64,000 nt of DNA from Candidatus Limnocylindrales bacterium (GTDB lineage Bacteria > Chloroflexota > Limnocylindria > Limnocylindrales > CSP1-4). The stretch is taken from positions 2,368-66,367 of the forward strand of contig DASTOB010000127.1 of the NCBI GenBank assembly GCA_035720425.1, written 5' to 3'. Position numbers and translations under genes: made by a program. Below, in pieces: positions 33,315 through 41,162 of the stretch (position 1 is its first letter; each line of letters opens with the position of its first letter). A model generated the notes under the pieces. That model was not told the origin of the DNA and did not search any database. It was given only the letters and a program-made list of their open reading frames with translations.

Positions 33315-34141
33315 GCGAGCGCCTGGCCGGACGGGGCGCGCGGGGCCGCCGGTCGACCCGGATCCGGCGCGCGTCGGCCGGGCTCACACCGGTTCGCGCC
33401 GGGGCGCTCCTTGCCATGCTCGCCTCGGCCGCGGCGATCTACGGTGCCGCGTCGTCGCCCGCCTTCGGCCTCGTCCACCTCGAGCTCGAGGGCGTGCGCT
33501 ACTCGGACGAGTCGGCCGTGCGGACCCGGCTGGCCGTGCCGGCCGGGGTGAACCTGTTCACGCTGGCCACGGATCCGCTCGAGGCGCGCCTGCGCGAGCT
33601 GCCGACCGTGGCCGCCGCGCGCGTCACCGTTCGGCTGCCCGACAGCCTGTCGGTCAGCCTGATCGAGCGCGAGCCGGTCATGATCTGGCAGGTCGGCGAG
33701 CGCCGTCTCCTCGCCGGCGCCGACGGCGTGCTGTTCGCCCGGCTCGGCGAGGTCCCGCCGCCCGGCGCGGCTGACCTCCCGGTGGTCGACGACCGACGGG
33801 CCGCCGCGATCTCGCTCGGCGTCGGCTGGCGTCTCGACCCGGTCGACTTCGATGCGGCCACGCGTCTTGCGGCGGTCCGCCCGGTCGACGTCGGGAGCGT
33901 CGCCCCGGCGGTGTCGGTCAGCGTGACCGACGACATGGGCTACGTGATGACGACCGGCGAGGGTGGCTGGACCGCGGTGTTCGGCTTCTACACGCCGAGC
34001 CTGCGGACCCCCGAGCTCATCCCGGGGCAGGTCCGCCTGCTGCGCAGCCTGCTCGACGGCCGGGAGGCGACGGTCGAGCGCGTCATCCTCGCGTCCGAGA
34101 CCGACGGGACGTACATCCCGCGCGCGACGCCGGCGCCGTGA
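33311..34141 (+). CDS. ftsQ: cell division protein FtsQ/DivIB (POTRA domain)
   Basis: Basic tail, a TM helix, and a POTRA-like region (VEGVRYSDESAVRTRL...NLFTL). Canonical position. GTGA overlap with ddl. Confidence 0.8.
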   Translation: MSERLAGRGARGRRSTRIRRASAGLTPVRAGALLAMLASAAAIYGAASSPAFGLVHLELEGVRYSDESAVRTRLAVPAGVNLFTLATDPLEARLRELPTVAAARVTVRLPDSLSVSLIEREPVMIWQVGERRLLAGADGVLFARLGEVPPPGAADLPVVDDRRAAAISLGVGWRLDPVDFDAATRLAAVRPVDVGSVAPAVSVSVTDDMGYVMTTGEGGWTAVFGFYTPSLRTPELIPGQVRLLRSLLDGREATVERVILASETDGTYIPRATPAP

Positions 34142-34232
34142 GCGGGGTGAGCCCCGTGAGCGCCGCGAGTTGCTGGTCCCGCCTCGCGTCGGGTAGCCTT
34201 GCCCAAACGCACCGGACGGAGGACGGCGCCAC

Positions 34233-34556
34233 GTGTTCCTACCCCTGGCGGGTCTCCTCGTCGGCGTCCTGGCAGGGCTCCTCCTCAACGTCAACGTCAG
34301 CTTCGAGTTCAGCCGCTATTCGGCCGTGGCGATCCTCGCCGCGCTGGACTCGGTCCTCGGCGCGGTGCGGGCGGAGCTCGACGGCGTCTATGACAATCGG
34401 ATCTTCATCAGCGGATTCGTCACGAACGCGATCGTCGCGGTCCTTCTCACGTTCATCGGTGATCGGCTCGGCCTGGATCTGTACCTCGTGGCGCTGATCA
34501 ACTTCGGCTTCCGGATCTTCAACAACGTGGCGCTCATCCGGCGCCACTTCATCTAG
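34233..34556 (+). CDS. sbp: small basic protein Sbp (DUF1290)
   Basis: Membrane protein with the DUF1290-type sequence (YSAVAILAALDSVLGAVRAELDGVYDNRIFISGFVTNAIVA...). Lies between ftsQ and ftsA as in Bacillus. Confidence 0.75.
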   Translation: MFLPLAGLLVGVLAGLLLNVNVSFEFSRYSAVAILAALDSVLGAVRAELDGVYDNRIFISGFVTNAIVAVLLTFIGDRLGLDLYLVALINFGFRIFNNVALIRRHFI

Positions 34557-34562
34557 CGCAGC

Positions 34563-35825
34563 GTGCGCGACCGAACGGGAGTAGTGCGGCAGGTGGAGAG
34601 AGAAGCGGTCCTCGTCGGGATCGACGTCGGCACGACGAAGGTCTGCGCGCTCATCGGCGAGGTCAGTCGCGATGGGCGGCTGACGATCATGGGCCACGGC
34701 ACGGTGCCGGCGTCCGGGCTCAAGAAGGGCGTCGTCGTCAACATCGACCAGACCGTCCGCTCGATCGCCGATTCGGTCGAGCGTGCCGAGCGCCTGTCGG
34801 GCTGGAAGATCGACCGGGCCTTCGTCGGCGTCGGCGGCAGCCACGTGTCGAGCCTCAACTCGCCCGGCCAGGTCGCGGTGACCGCCCACACCCGCGAGGT
34901 CACCCGGGAGGACGTCAACCGGGCCATCGAGGTGGCCCGGGCCGTGTCGATCCCGTCGAACCGCGAGGTGCTCCACGTCGAGCGGCGCGGGTTCATCGTC
35001 GACGGCCAGGAGGGGGTCAAGGACCCGCTCGGCATGAGCGCGCTGCGGCTCGAGGTCGAGACCCACATCATCACCGGCTCGGCGACCGCGGTCCAGAACC
35101 TCTCGAAGTGCGTCCAGCAGGCCGGCGTCAAGATCGACGAGCTGGTCGTCAACTCGCTCGCCTCCGCCGAGGCCGTGCTGACCGAGACGGAGAAGGAGCT
35201 CGGTGTGGCCGTGGCCGACATCGGCGCCGGCACGATCGATCTCGCCCTGTTCACCGACGGCTCCCCGTTCCACACCGCGGTCGTCCCGGTCGGCGGCAAC
35301 AACGTCACGAACGACGTGGCGATCGGGCTCAAGACGAGCCTGCCGGTGGCCGAGGAGCTGAAGATCCGGAACGGCACGTGCGACCTGCGGACGGTCGGCG
35401 AGGACGAGGAGATCAGCGTCGCCATCCTCGGCGAGGAGGCCGGCCGAACGGTCAGCCGACTCGAGGTCTGCCAGATCATCGAGGCCCGCATGCGCGAGAC
35501 GTTCGAGCTGCTCAAGGCGGAGATGGCCATGGCCGGGCCGGGCATGCTGCCGGCCGGGATCATCCTGACCGGCGGCGCCGCTCAGCTGGCGGGCTCGGCG
35601 GAGCTCGCCCGCGAGGTGCTCGGGATGCCGGTCCGGGTGGCCGGACCGTCGGGCATCGGCGGGCTCGTCGACACGCTCCTCAACCCGACCTACGCGACGG
35701 CGGTGGGACTGCTCCAGTGGGGCGCCGCCAGCCTCGGCACGAGCGACCCGCTGCGCTACGAGTCCGCCCCGGCGCTCGGCATCCTCGGCCGCATCCGGGA
35801 CGCCGTGCGCAGCCTCTTCCCGTAG
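34563..35825 (+). CDS. ftsA: cell division protein FtsA
   Basis: Actin-fold motifs GIDVGTTKVCALIG and DIGAGTIDLALF. C-terminal amphipathic tail GRIRDAVRSLFP. The exact start is uncertain. Confidence 0.92.
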   Translation: MRDRTGVVRQVEREAVLVGIDVGTTKVCALIGEVSRDGRLTIMGHGTVPASGLKKGVVVNIDQTVRSIADSVERAERLSGWKIDRAFVGVGGSHVSSLNSPGQVAVTAHTREVTREDVNRAIEVARAVSIPSNREVLHVERRGFIVDGQEGVKDPLGMSALRLEVETHIITGSATAVQNLSKCVQQAGVKIDELVVNSLASAEAVLTETEKELGVAVADIGAGTIDLALFTDGSPFHTAVVPVGGNNVTNDVAIGLKTSLPVAEELKIRNGTCDLRTVGEDEEISVAILGEEAGRTVSRLEVCQIIEARMRETFELLKAEMAMAGPGMLPAGIILTGGAAQLAGSAELAREVLGMPVRVAGPSGIGGLVDTLLNPTYATAVGLLQWGAASLGTSDPLRYESAPALGILGRIRDAVRSLFP

Positions 35826-35835
35826 AGCCGCGGCG

Positions 35836-36249
35836 GTGTGGACCCTCGCGATCGAGGTGCGGACGGGTCCGCAGCGGGGCCTGTTCGACCTGACCGACGA
35901 CTGCGCGCGCTTCGCGGCCGAGGCCGCCGCCGGCGGTGACGGCCTGCTGAACGTGTTCGTCGCGCACGCGACGGCGGGCCTCGTCGTCGTCGAGCTGGGC
36001 TCGGGCTCCGATGCCGATCTCCTCGAGGCGCTCGACCGACTCCTGCCCCGCGACGACCGCTGGCGCCATCGGCACGGGTCGGCCGGCCACGGCGCGGATC
36101 ACGTCGTGCCACTGCTCGCCGGGCCGTCGCTCAGCGTGCCGGTCGTGGGCGGCCGGATGGCGCTCGGGACGTGGCAGTCGATCGCCCTGCTCGACCCGAA
36201 CGCCGACAACGGTGTCCGCACCGTCCAGTTGAGCTTCCTCGCGGGCTGA
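35836..36249 (+). CDS. YjbQ/UPF0047 family protein (secondary thiamine-phosphate synthase-like)
   Basis: Family pattern VFVAHATAGLVVVE ... GHGADHVVPLLAGPSLSVPVVGGRMALGTWQSIALLD. GTG start. Confidence 0.8.
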   Translation: MWTLAIEVRTGPQRGLFDLTDDCARFAAEAAAGGDGLLNVFVAHATAGLVVVELGSGSDADLLEALDRLLPRDDRWRHRHGSAGHGADHVVPLLAGPSLSVPVVGGRMALGTWQSIALLDPNADNGVRTVQLSFLAG

Positions 36250-36306
36250 CCGCGCCCGAGCGCTCCGGGCGGTCCCCGGGCGGCCCAGGCGGTCCGGGCG
36301 TCCCGG

Positions 36307-37344
36307 TCAGGCGTCGCGGCGAGCCAGCTCCCAGCCGAGGAGCAGGGCGGCGAGCCCGAGCGCCACGATCAGGGCGGGCAGCAGCGGCGCGTGACCGCCG
36401 CCCTGGATGGCGGCGGCGGCGTCGGTCGGCGGGAGCGTGATCGTCGGTCCGCTCGACGGGGCCGAACCCGCCCCCGGCGCCGGGACCCCGGGATCGGGCG
36501 TCGCGACGGCGCCGCACACGACGCTCTGCTGGCCGACGGTCGTCGTGATCATCACCGGATCCGGATCGAGACCCTCGACGAGCGCGACCTCGAACTCGAG
36601 CGACCCGAGGTGGCCGTCGGTATACGTGCATCCGCCGTCGGACCGCGTGCCCGTCGGCGACCCGACGACGCGCACGGATACGTGAGCCGGCTCGTCGTCC
36701 GTGCCCCACGGCTGAACGAGGACGGCGAACGCGCCGTCCGGGCTCGGGCCGATCGACCCGACCCAGCGGCCGCCGTCGACCCGCTCCATCGTCAGCACGG
36801 CCGTGGCGATGGCGACCGGGGCGCCGGCCGCGTCGCGGACGAAGCCGGTCAGGATCGGGGCGCCCGGCTCCGGCGCGTCACACGCCACGGACGTGGCGAG
36901 GGCGACGGTGACCGGCAGCTCGATCGCCGCCGGGTCGCTCGGCTGTCTCGCCGTGCCGGACCAGCGCTGGGTGAACGTGCACCCGTCGACGAGCTCGTGC
37001 GTGGTTCGGGCGGCCGACGCGGCCAGCGTCACGACCGGGCCGCCATCGGATCGGCCGACCCCGTCGAAGACCGCCCGCCCGTCGTCGTCGGTGACGCCGT
37101 CGAGCGCCTGGAACGGCACGCCGTCGGCCGCGGCGGTCAAGGACACGATCACATCCGGCAGCGGGATCCCCGAGCCGCTCGCGACGGTCACGACGACCTG
37201 GGCGTCGAGCGCGACCCCGGCGGGCACCGGCGTGCCGCCCGGGACGACGGGATCGGCGGCCTGCGCGCCGGGCGCCAGGCCGAGGCCGGCTGCCGCGAAC
37301 GCGACGAGCATGACGAGCTGAGAGAACCGACGCCTGATGAGCAC
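36307..37344 (-). CDS. secreted, C-terminally anchored protein with two carboxypeptidase-regulatory-like beta-sandwich segments
   Basis: GTG start gives a signal peptide (RRRFSQLVMLVAFAAAGLGLAPGAQA). Two segments of the type G.P.PDV.V.L....DG....TDDDGRAVF. C-terminus is LPPTD + hydrophobic helix + RRDA. The upstream part of the 777-aa ORF-track frame is antisense to ftsZ. Confidence 0.7.
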   Translation of the reverse strand: MLIRRRFSQLVMLVAFAAAGLGLAPGAQAADPVVPGGTPVPAGVALDAQVVVTVASGSGIPLPDVIVSLTAAADGVPFQALDGVTDDDGRAVFDGVGRSDGGPVVTLAASAARTTHELVDGCTFTQRWSGTARQPSDPAAIELPVTVALATSVACDAPEPGAPILTGFVRDAAGAPVAIATAVLTMERVDGGRWVGSIGPSPDGAFAVLVQPWGTDDEPAHVSVRVVGSPTGTRSDGGCTYTDGHLGSLEFEVALVEGLDPDPVMITTTVGQQSVVCGAVATPDPGVPAPGAGSAPSSGPTITLPPTDAAAAIQGGGHAPLLPALIVALGLAALLLGWELARRDA

Positions 37345-37528
37345 CCGAGATCCCCGAGATCCCGGCAACCCGAGCGGATCGCCTGGTCCCGAGGATAGGC
37401 AGATCGGCTGCGCGATGTCCATCCAAAGGTCCTGTTCGCGGTGCTCCGCGGCACCGACGATGAGGCGCCCACGGGCCGGAAATTGGCGCCGATTCGGACG
37501 ATCCGGGGCGCCGCCGCGGGCCTCCGGG

Positions 37529-37537
37529 TGATAGACT
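37529..37537 (+). promoter_or_regulatory. candidate extended -10 element (TGaTAGACT) upstream of ftsZ
   Basis: TG-N-TAGACT lies about 100 nt upstream of the ftsZ ATG. No -35 element recognised. Resembles the TAGAAT/TAGACT hexamers elsewhere in the window. Confidence 0.3.
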
Positions 37538-37639
37538 CCGCGCAACCCCGACGGACCTCGCAGGCCGGGACCGAGCCAGGTTGAGGGGCGCGCGCTCGAC
37601 CATGACTGACAGACCCGTCCGCAGACCGGAGGAGAGGCG

Positions 37640-38863
37640 ATGCCGCTGCGTTCCGATTCCGAGAACTTCGCGCTGATCCGCGTCATCGGGGTCGGCGGCG
37701 GCGGAAGCAACGCGGTCAATCGGATGATTCGGGCCGAGATGATGGGCGTCGAGTTCATCGCCTGCAACACGGACGCCCAGGCCCTGCTCCAGTCGGACGC
37801 CCCGCACAAGATCCGGATCGGCGACAAGATCACCCGGGGCCTCGGCGCGGGCGGCGATTCGAGCATCGGGGCACGGGCCGCGGAAGAGGACTCGGAGAAG
37901 ATCGCCCAGGCCCTCGCGGACTCCGACATGGTGTTCATCACGGCCGGGTTGGGCGGCGGGACCGGCTCGGGCGCGGCACCGATCGTGGCCGAGATCGCCA
38001 AGGATGCGGGCGCCCTGACGATCGGCGTGGTGACCAAGCCGTTCGGGTTCGAGGGAGCCCGGCGCAAGCTCGTCGCCGAGAAGTCGGCCGAGGAGCTCAA
38101 GTCGAAGGTCGACACGCTCATCACGATCCCGAACGACCGGCTCAAGGACGTCGTCCAGAAGAACACCTCGATCCTCGACGCGTTCAAGGTCGTCGACGAC
38201 GTGCTCCGCCAGGGCGTCCAGGGGATCAGCGACATCATCACGATGCCCGGGCTCATCAACCTCGACTTCGCGGACGTCCGCGCGATCATGAAGGACGCCG
38301 GCTCGGCGCTCATGGGCATCGGCCGGGCGACCGGCGAGACGCGGGCGGTGGACGCCGCGCGCGAGGCGATCGCGAGCCCGCTCCTCGAGGTCAACATCGC
38401 CGGCGCGCAGGGGATCCTGTGGAACATCACCGGCTCCTCGACGCTCGCCCTCAACGAGGTGCTCGACGCGGCCGAGGAGATCCGGGCCGCCGCGGACCCG
38501 GAGGCGAACATCATCTTCGGGACGACGTTCAACGACCGCCTCGGCGACGAGGTCATGGTCACGGTCATCGCCACCGGCTTCGACGGCGGGCGGCGGCGGG
38601 ACATCGGCCGGCGCGAGCAGGCCGCCCAGCCGACCGACACGTCGACGAGCCGGCCGGCCCAGCGCGACTACCTCGAGGAGCTCGAGCGCCAGCGGACGCA
38701 GGCCGACGGCGGGGTCATGGACGACTCGGTCCGGCGGGACGACCAGGCGGCGGCCCTTGCCGCGGTGCGCGTGGAGCGATCGGCCAGCGAGGCGGTGGCG
38801 GCGAAGCGAGCGAGCTACGACGCCGACGACCTCGAAATCCCGTCGTTCTTGCGCCGCAAGTAA
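37640..38863 (+). CDS. ftsZ: cell division GTPase FtsZ
   Basis: [11 protein letters not shown] and the [10 protein letters not shown] tubulin signature. Conserved C-terminal peptide [15 protein letters not shown] behind GGAGGAG. Confidence 0.97.
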   Translation: MPLRSDSENFALIRVIGVGGGGSNAVNRMIRAEMMGVEFIACNTDAQALLQSDAPHKIRIGDKITRGLGAGGDSSIGARAAEEDSEKIAQALADSDMVFITAGLGGGTGSGAAPIVAEIAKDAGALTIGVVTKPFGFEGARRKLVAEKSAEELKSKVDTLITIPNDRLKDVVQKNTSILDAFKVVDDVLRQGVQGISDIITMPGLINLDFADVRAIMKDAGSALMGIGRATGETRAVDAAREAIASPLLEVNIAGAQGILWNITGSSTLALNEVLDAAEEIRAAADPEANIIFGTTFNDRLGDEVMVTVIATGFDGGRRRDIGRREQAAQPTDTSTSRPAQRDYLEELERQRTQADGGVMDDSVRRDDQAAALAAVRVERSASEAVAAKRASYDADDLEIPSFLRRK

Positions 38864-38944
38864 CGCCGACGGGGCTGCGGCCGGGACGGGCGTTGCCCAC
38901 TGCGGTCCTCGCTCACGCACCTTGGGGTGCGCTCGCTCCGGTCC

Positions 38945-39154
38945 TCGCGGGCGCCTTCGTCGCGGCCACATCCCCGCCGGCTTGTCGAGGTGACTGCGCT
39001 CGCCTGCTCGGCGCCTCCTTCGCTGCGGCGGCATCTCGGCGGGCTTGCTCTACGTGTCGCGGGCGCCTTCGTCGCGGCCACATCCCCGCCGGCTTGTCGA
39101 GGTGACTGCGCTCGCCTTTTCGGCGCCTCCTTCGCTGCGGCGGCATCTCGGCGG
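38945..39154. repeat. tandem direct repeat: two 98-bp units (38945-39042 and 39057-39154), 96/98 identical, 112-bp period
   Basis: Direct comparison of the two units. The only differences are CTGCTC versus CTTTTC. Intergenic between ftsZ and yggS. Confidence 0.9.
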
Positions 39155-39193
39155 ACGAGCATCCTGCCTGCCTTCAGGTAGCCCGCTCACCCG

Positions 39194-39967
39194 ATGACCG
39201 ACGATCTCACGATCGATACGCTGCGTGAGGCTCGCGATCGAGTCATCACGAACATCCAGGCTGCGTGTGCGCGGGTGGGGCGCGATCCGGGGGAGGTGAC
39301 GCTCGTCGCGGTGTCGAAGACGGTCGGGGTCGAGCGGTTGCGGGCGGCGGTGGAGGCCGGGCTCGGCGTGCTCGGCGAGAACCGGGTGCAGGAGGCGGCG
39401 GGCAAGGTGGGGCTCGTCGACGGCGCGACGTGGCACCTCGTCGGGCCGCTCCAGTCGAACAAGGCCCGGCGGGCGGTCGAGCTGTTCGACGTCGTCGAGT
39501 CGGTCGATTCGGTCGACCTCGCCCGGCGGCTCGATCGGCTGGCCGGCGAGATGCGGCCGGACCGCCGGCTGCCGATCCTGCTCCAGGTCAACGTCGACGC
39601 CGACGCGGCGAAGGCCGGGTTCTCGGCGCATGCGCTCGAGGCGGCACTGGCGGAGCTCACCGATCTCGCGCACCTGCGCCTCGACGGCCTCATGACCATC
39701 GGCCGCCTCGTCGGCTCGGCCGAGGAGGCCCGTCCCACGTTCCGCGCCCTGCGGGACCTGTCGGCGCGGCTGCGCGACCGCCACGCGGCTCTCGGGGCCG
39801 GCCTGTCGATGGGCATGACCGACGACTATGCGGTCGCGGTCGAGGAGGGCGCGACGATCGTCCGGGTCGGGCGCGCGATCTTCGGGGAGCGGCCGCACGC
39901 CCATGGCCCGGCGGGTCTTCATACCCACGCACACGACGGCGACCACGCGCACGATCACCGTGGGTGA
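39194..39967 (+). CDS. yggS: YggS/YlmE-family pyridoxal-phosphate homeostasis protein with a His-rich C-terminal tail
   Basis: VAVSKT (PLP Lys), HLVGPLQSNK and MGMTDDY motifs. The tail is ERPHAHGPAGLHTHAHDGDHAHDHRG. Confidence 0.9.
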   Translation: MTDDLTIDTLREARDRVITNIQAACARVGRDPGEVTLVAVSKTVGVERLRAAVEAGLGVLGENRVQEAAGKVGLVDGATWHLVGPLQSNKARRAVELFDVVESVDSVDLARRLDRLAGEMRPDRRLPILLQVNVDADAAKAGFSAHALEAALAELTDLAHLRLDGLMTIGRLVGSAEEARPTFRALRDLSARLRDRHAALGAGLSMGMTDDYAVAVEEGATIVRVGRAIFGERPHAHGPAGLHTHAHDGDHAHDHRG

Positions 39968-39992
39968 CGCGACGCGCTGATAGGCACCCGTC

Positions 39993-40277
39993 ATGCGGAC
40001 GGCCCGGTCGTGGATCGCTGGTAGACTCTCGGCCGTGGAATCGTTCGTGCGGAACTTCTTCGAGCTCTTCTTCCTGGCGCTCTGGCTCCTCATCTTCGGA
40101 CGGGTGATCATGTCCTTCGTCGACCCGATGGGACGCAATCAGATCAGTGCGTTCCTGATCCAGACCACGGAACCGATCCTCGGGCCCGTGCGGCGGCTCC
40201 TGCCGCAGACCGGCATGTTCGATTTCAGCCCGCTCATCGTCCTGCTCGTCCTCGGCGTGCTCTGGCGCGCCCTCTGA
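39993..40277 (+). CDS. yggT: YggT/YlmG-family membrane protein
   Basis: Two-helix YggT pattern (GRVIMSFV ... EPILGPVRRLLP...FDFSPLIV). The start could also be the in-frame GTG at 40047. Confidence 0.8.
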   Translation: MRTARSWIAGRLSAVESFVRNFFELFFLALWLLIFGRVIMSFVDPMGRNQISAFLIQTTEPILGPVRRLLPQTGMFDFSPLIVLLVLGVLWRAL

Positions 40278-40348
40278 TCCTGGACGGGAACGAGGTTCGC
40301 TTCGCCGTTCGACTGACTCCGCGGGGTGGGTCCGATCATGTCGAGGGG

Positions 40349-40561
40349 GTGGTCGACGGCGTGCTCCGGGCGCGCGTCGCGGCCCCGGCCATCGAGGGGG
40401 CCGCGAACCAGGCGTTGCTCCGCCTCCTGGCCGACGAGTTGGGCGTCGCGCGGCGTTCCGTGCGCCTCGTGGCCGGCGCGGCCGGCCGCCAGAAGCTCGT
40501 CGTGGTCGAGGGCGTGACGCGCGAGGCGCTCCTGTCGCGCTGGCCGGACCTTCGGGTATGA
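40349..40561 (+). CDS. DUF167 (YggU) family protein; the minimal ORF is given, and the real N-terminus probably starts at about 40274
   Basis: APAIEGAANQALLRLLADELGV...VRLVAGAAGRQKLVVVEG is the DUF167 core. The in-frame upstream peptide LILDGNEVRFAVRLTPRGGSDHVEG looks like the family's first strands but has no ATG/GTG/TTG. Confidence 0.75.
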   Translation: MVDGVLRARVAAPAIEGAANQALLRLLADELGVARRSVRLVAGAAGRQKLVVVEGVTREALLSRWPDLRV

Positions 40562-40597
40562 TCGGGCTGCGTCGACGCAGCGACCGGCGGCGCCCGT

Positions 40598-40674
40598 GGG
40601 CGATTGGCTCAGTCGGTTAGAGCGCGCGGTTCACATCCGCGAGGTCACTGGTTCGAATCCAGTATCGCCCACCA
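40598..40674 (+). tRNA. tRNA-Val (anticodon CAC), CCA encoded
   Basis: Cloverleaf folded by hand. Acceptor stem GGGCGAT/ATCGCCC, D stem GCTC/GAGC, anticodon stem CGCGG/CCGCG with loop TTCACAT, T stem ACTGG/CCAGT with GTTCGAATC, and a 3' ACCA. Confidence 0.95.
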
Positions 40675-41074
40675 CCTTCAACCCGGAGTCGCGATGGCCG
40701 ACGTCCAGCTGTGCGGATGGACGACGGACGATCGCCGCCGGCTGGAGCCGCGGCGTTCCTGTCAGGCGATACCCAGGCGGTCGCTCGTCAGCGGGCGCGG
40801 GCCGACGAGGACGCCCGGTACGCTCGAAGCCGCGCCGAGTTTTCGCCACGCGATCCTCAGGCGGTCACCCGACGAAATCTCGGTGACTACCGACCGCGTG
40901 AGTGTCGTGTGTCAGGAAGTCAAGGGGCTCGATCAGAACCGCCCCTTGGATGTACCCCCAGATCCGAGGGCGTCAGGAGTAGTGACGCCGTTCGTTGCGG
41001 TCGCCGAGCACGCGCGCGTCACGATCGCGGCCGTCGCTCGTCTCATCGATGACACGCGACCGCCCAGTCCGCGC

Positions 41075-41106
41075 GAAGCCCCCGGATCCTCCTCCCCGGG
41101 GGCTTC
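41075..41106. terminator. strong stem-loop downstream of acnA (GAAGCCCCCGG-10 nt-CCGGGGGCTTC)
   Basis: 11-bp perfect GC-rich stem about 55 nt past the acnA stop codon on the minus strand. No clear U tract. Confidence 0.55.
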
Positions 41107-41162
41107 GTGGTGCCGAGGCGTGGAGGGTGTCGCGGCTCCGCTGAGGCGCCCGTAACCCCGCG

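Noticed and set aside
38945-39154. Whether the tandem repeat after ftsZ could be a CRISPR array.
   Set aside because: There are only two units. The 98-bp repeats are far longer than CRISPR repeats, the 14-bp gap is far shorter than a spacer, and there are no cas genes in the window.
40566-40581. A 16-nt perfect palindrome GCTGCGTCGACGCAGC between the DUF167 stop codon and tRNA-Val.
   Set aside because: It is a short stem with no U tract and a single occurrence. It could be a processing or termination hairpin, but there is nothing to distinguish it from chance GC-rich symmetry.
40604-41155. A 183-aa ORF starting inside tRNA-Val, and the idea of an integrated element in the 490-bp tRNA-Val/acnA gap.
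   Set aside because: The ORF overlaps the tRNA and has off-frame-like composition. There is no integrase and no direct repeat of the tRNA 3' end downstream. The region contains only short hairpins plus the acnA-distal stem-loop. It is left unassigned.
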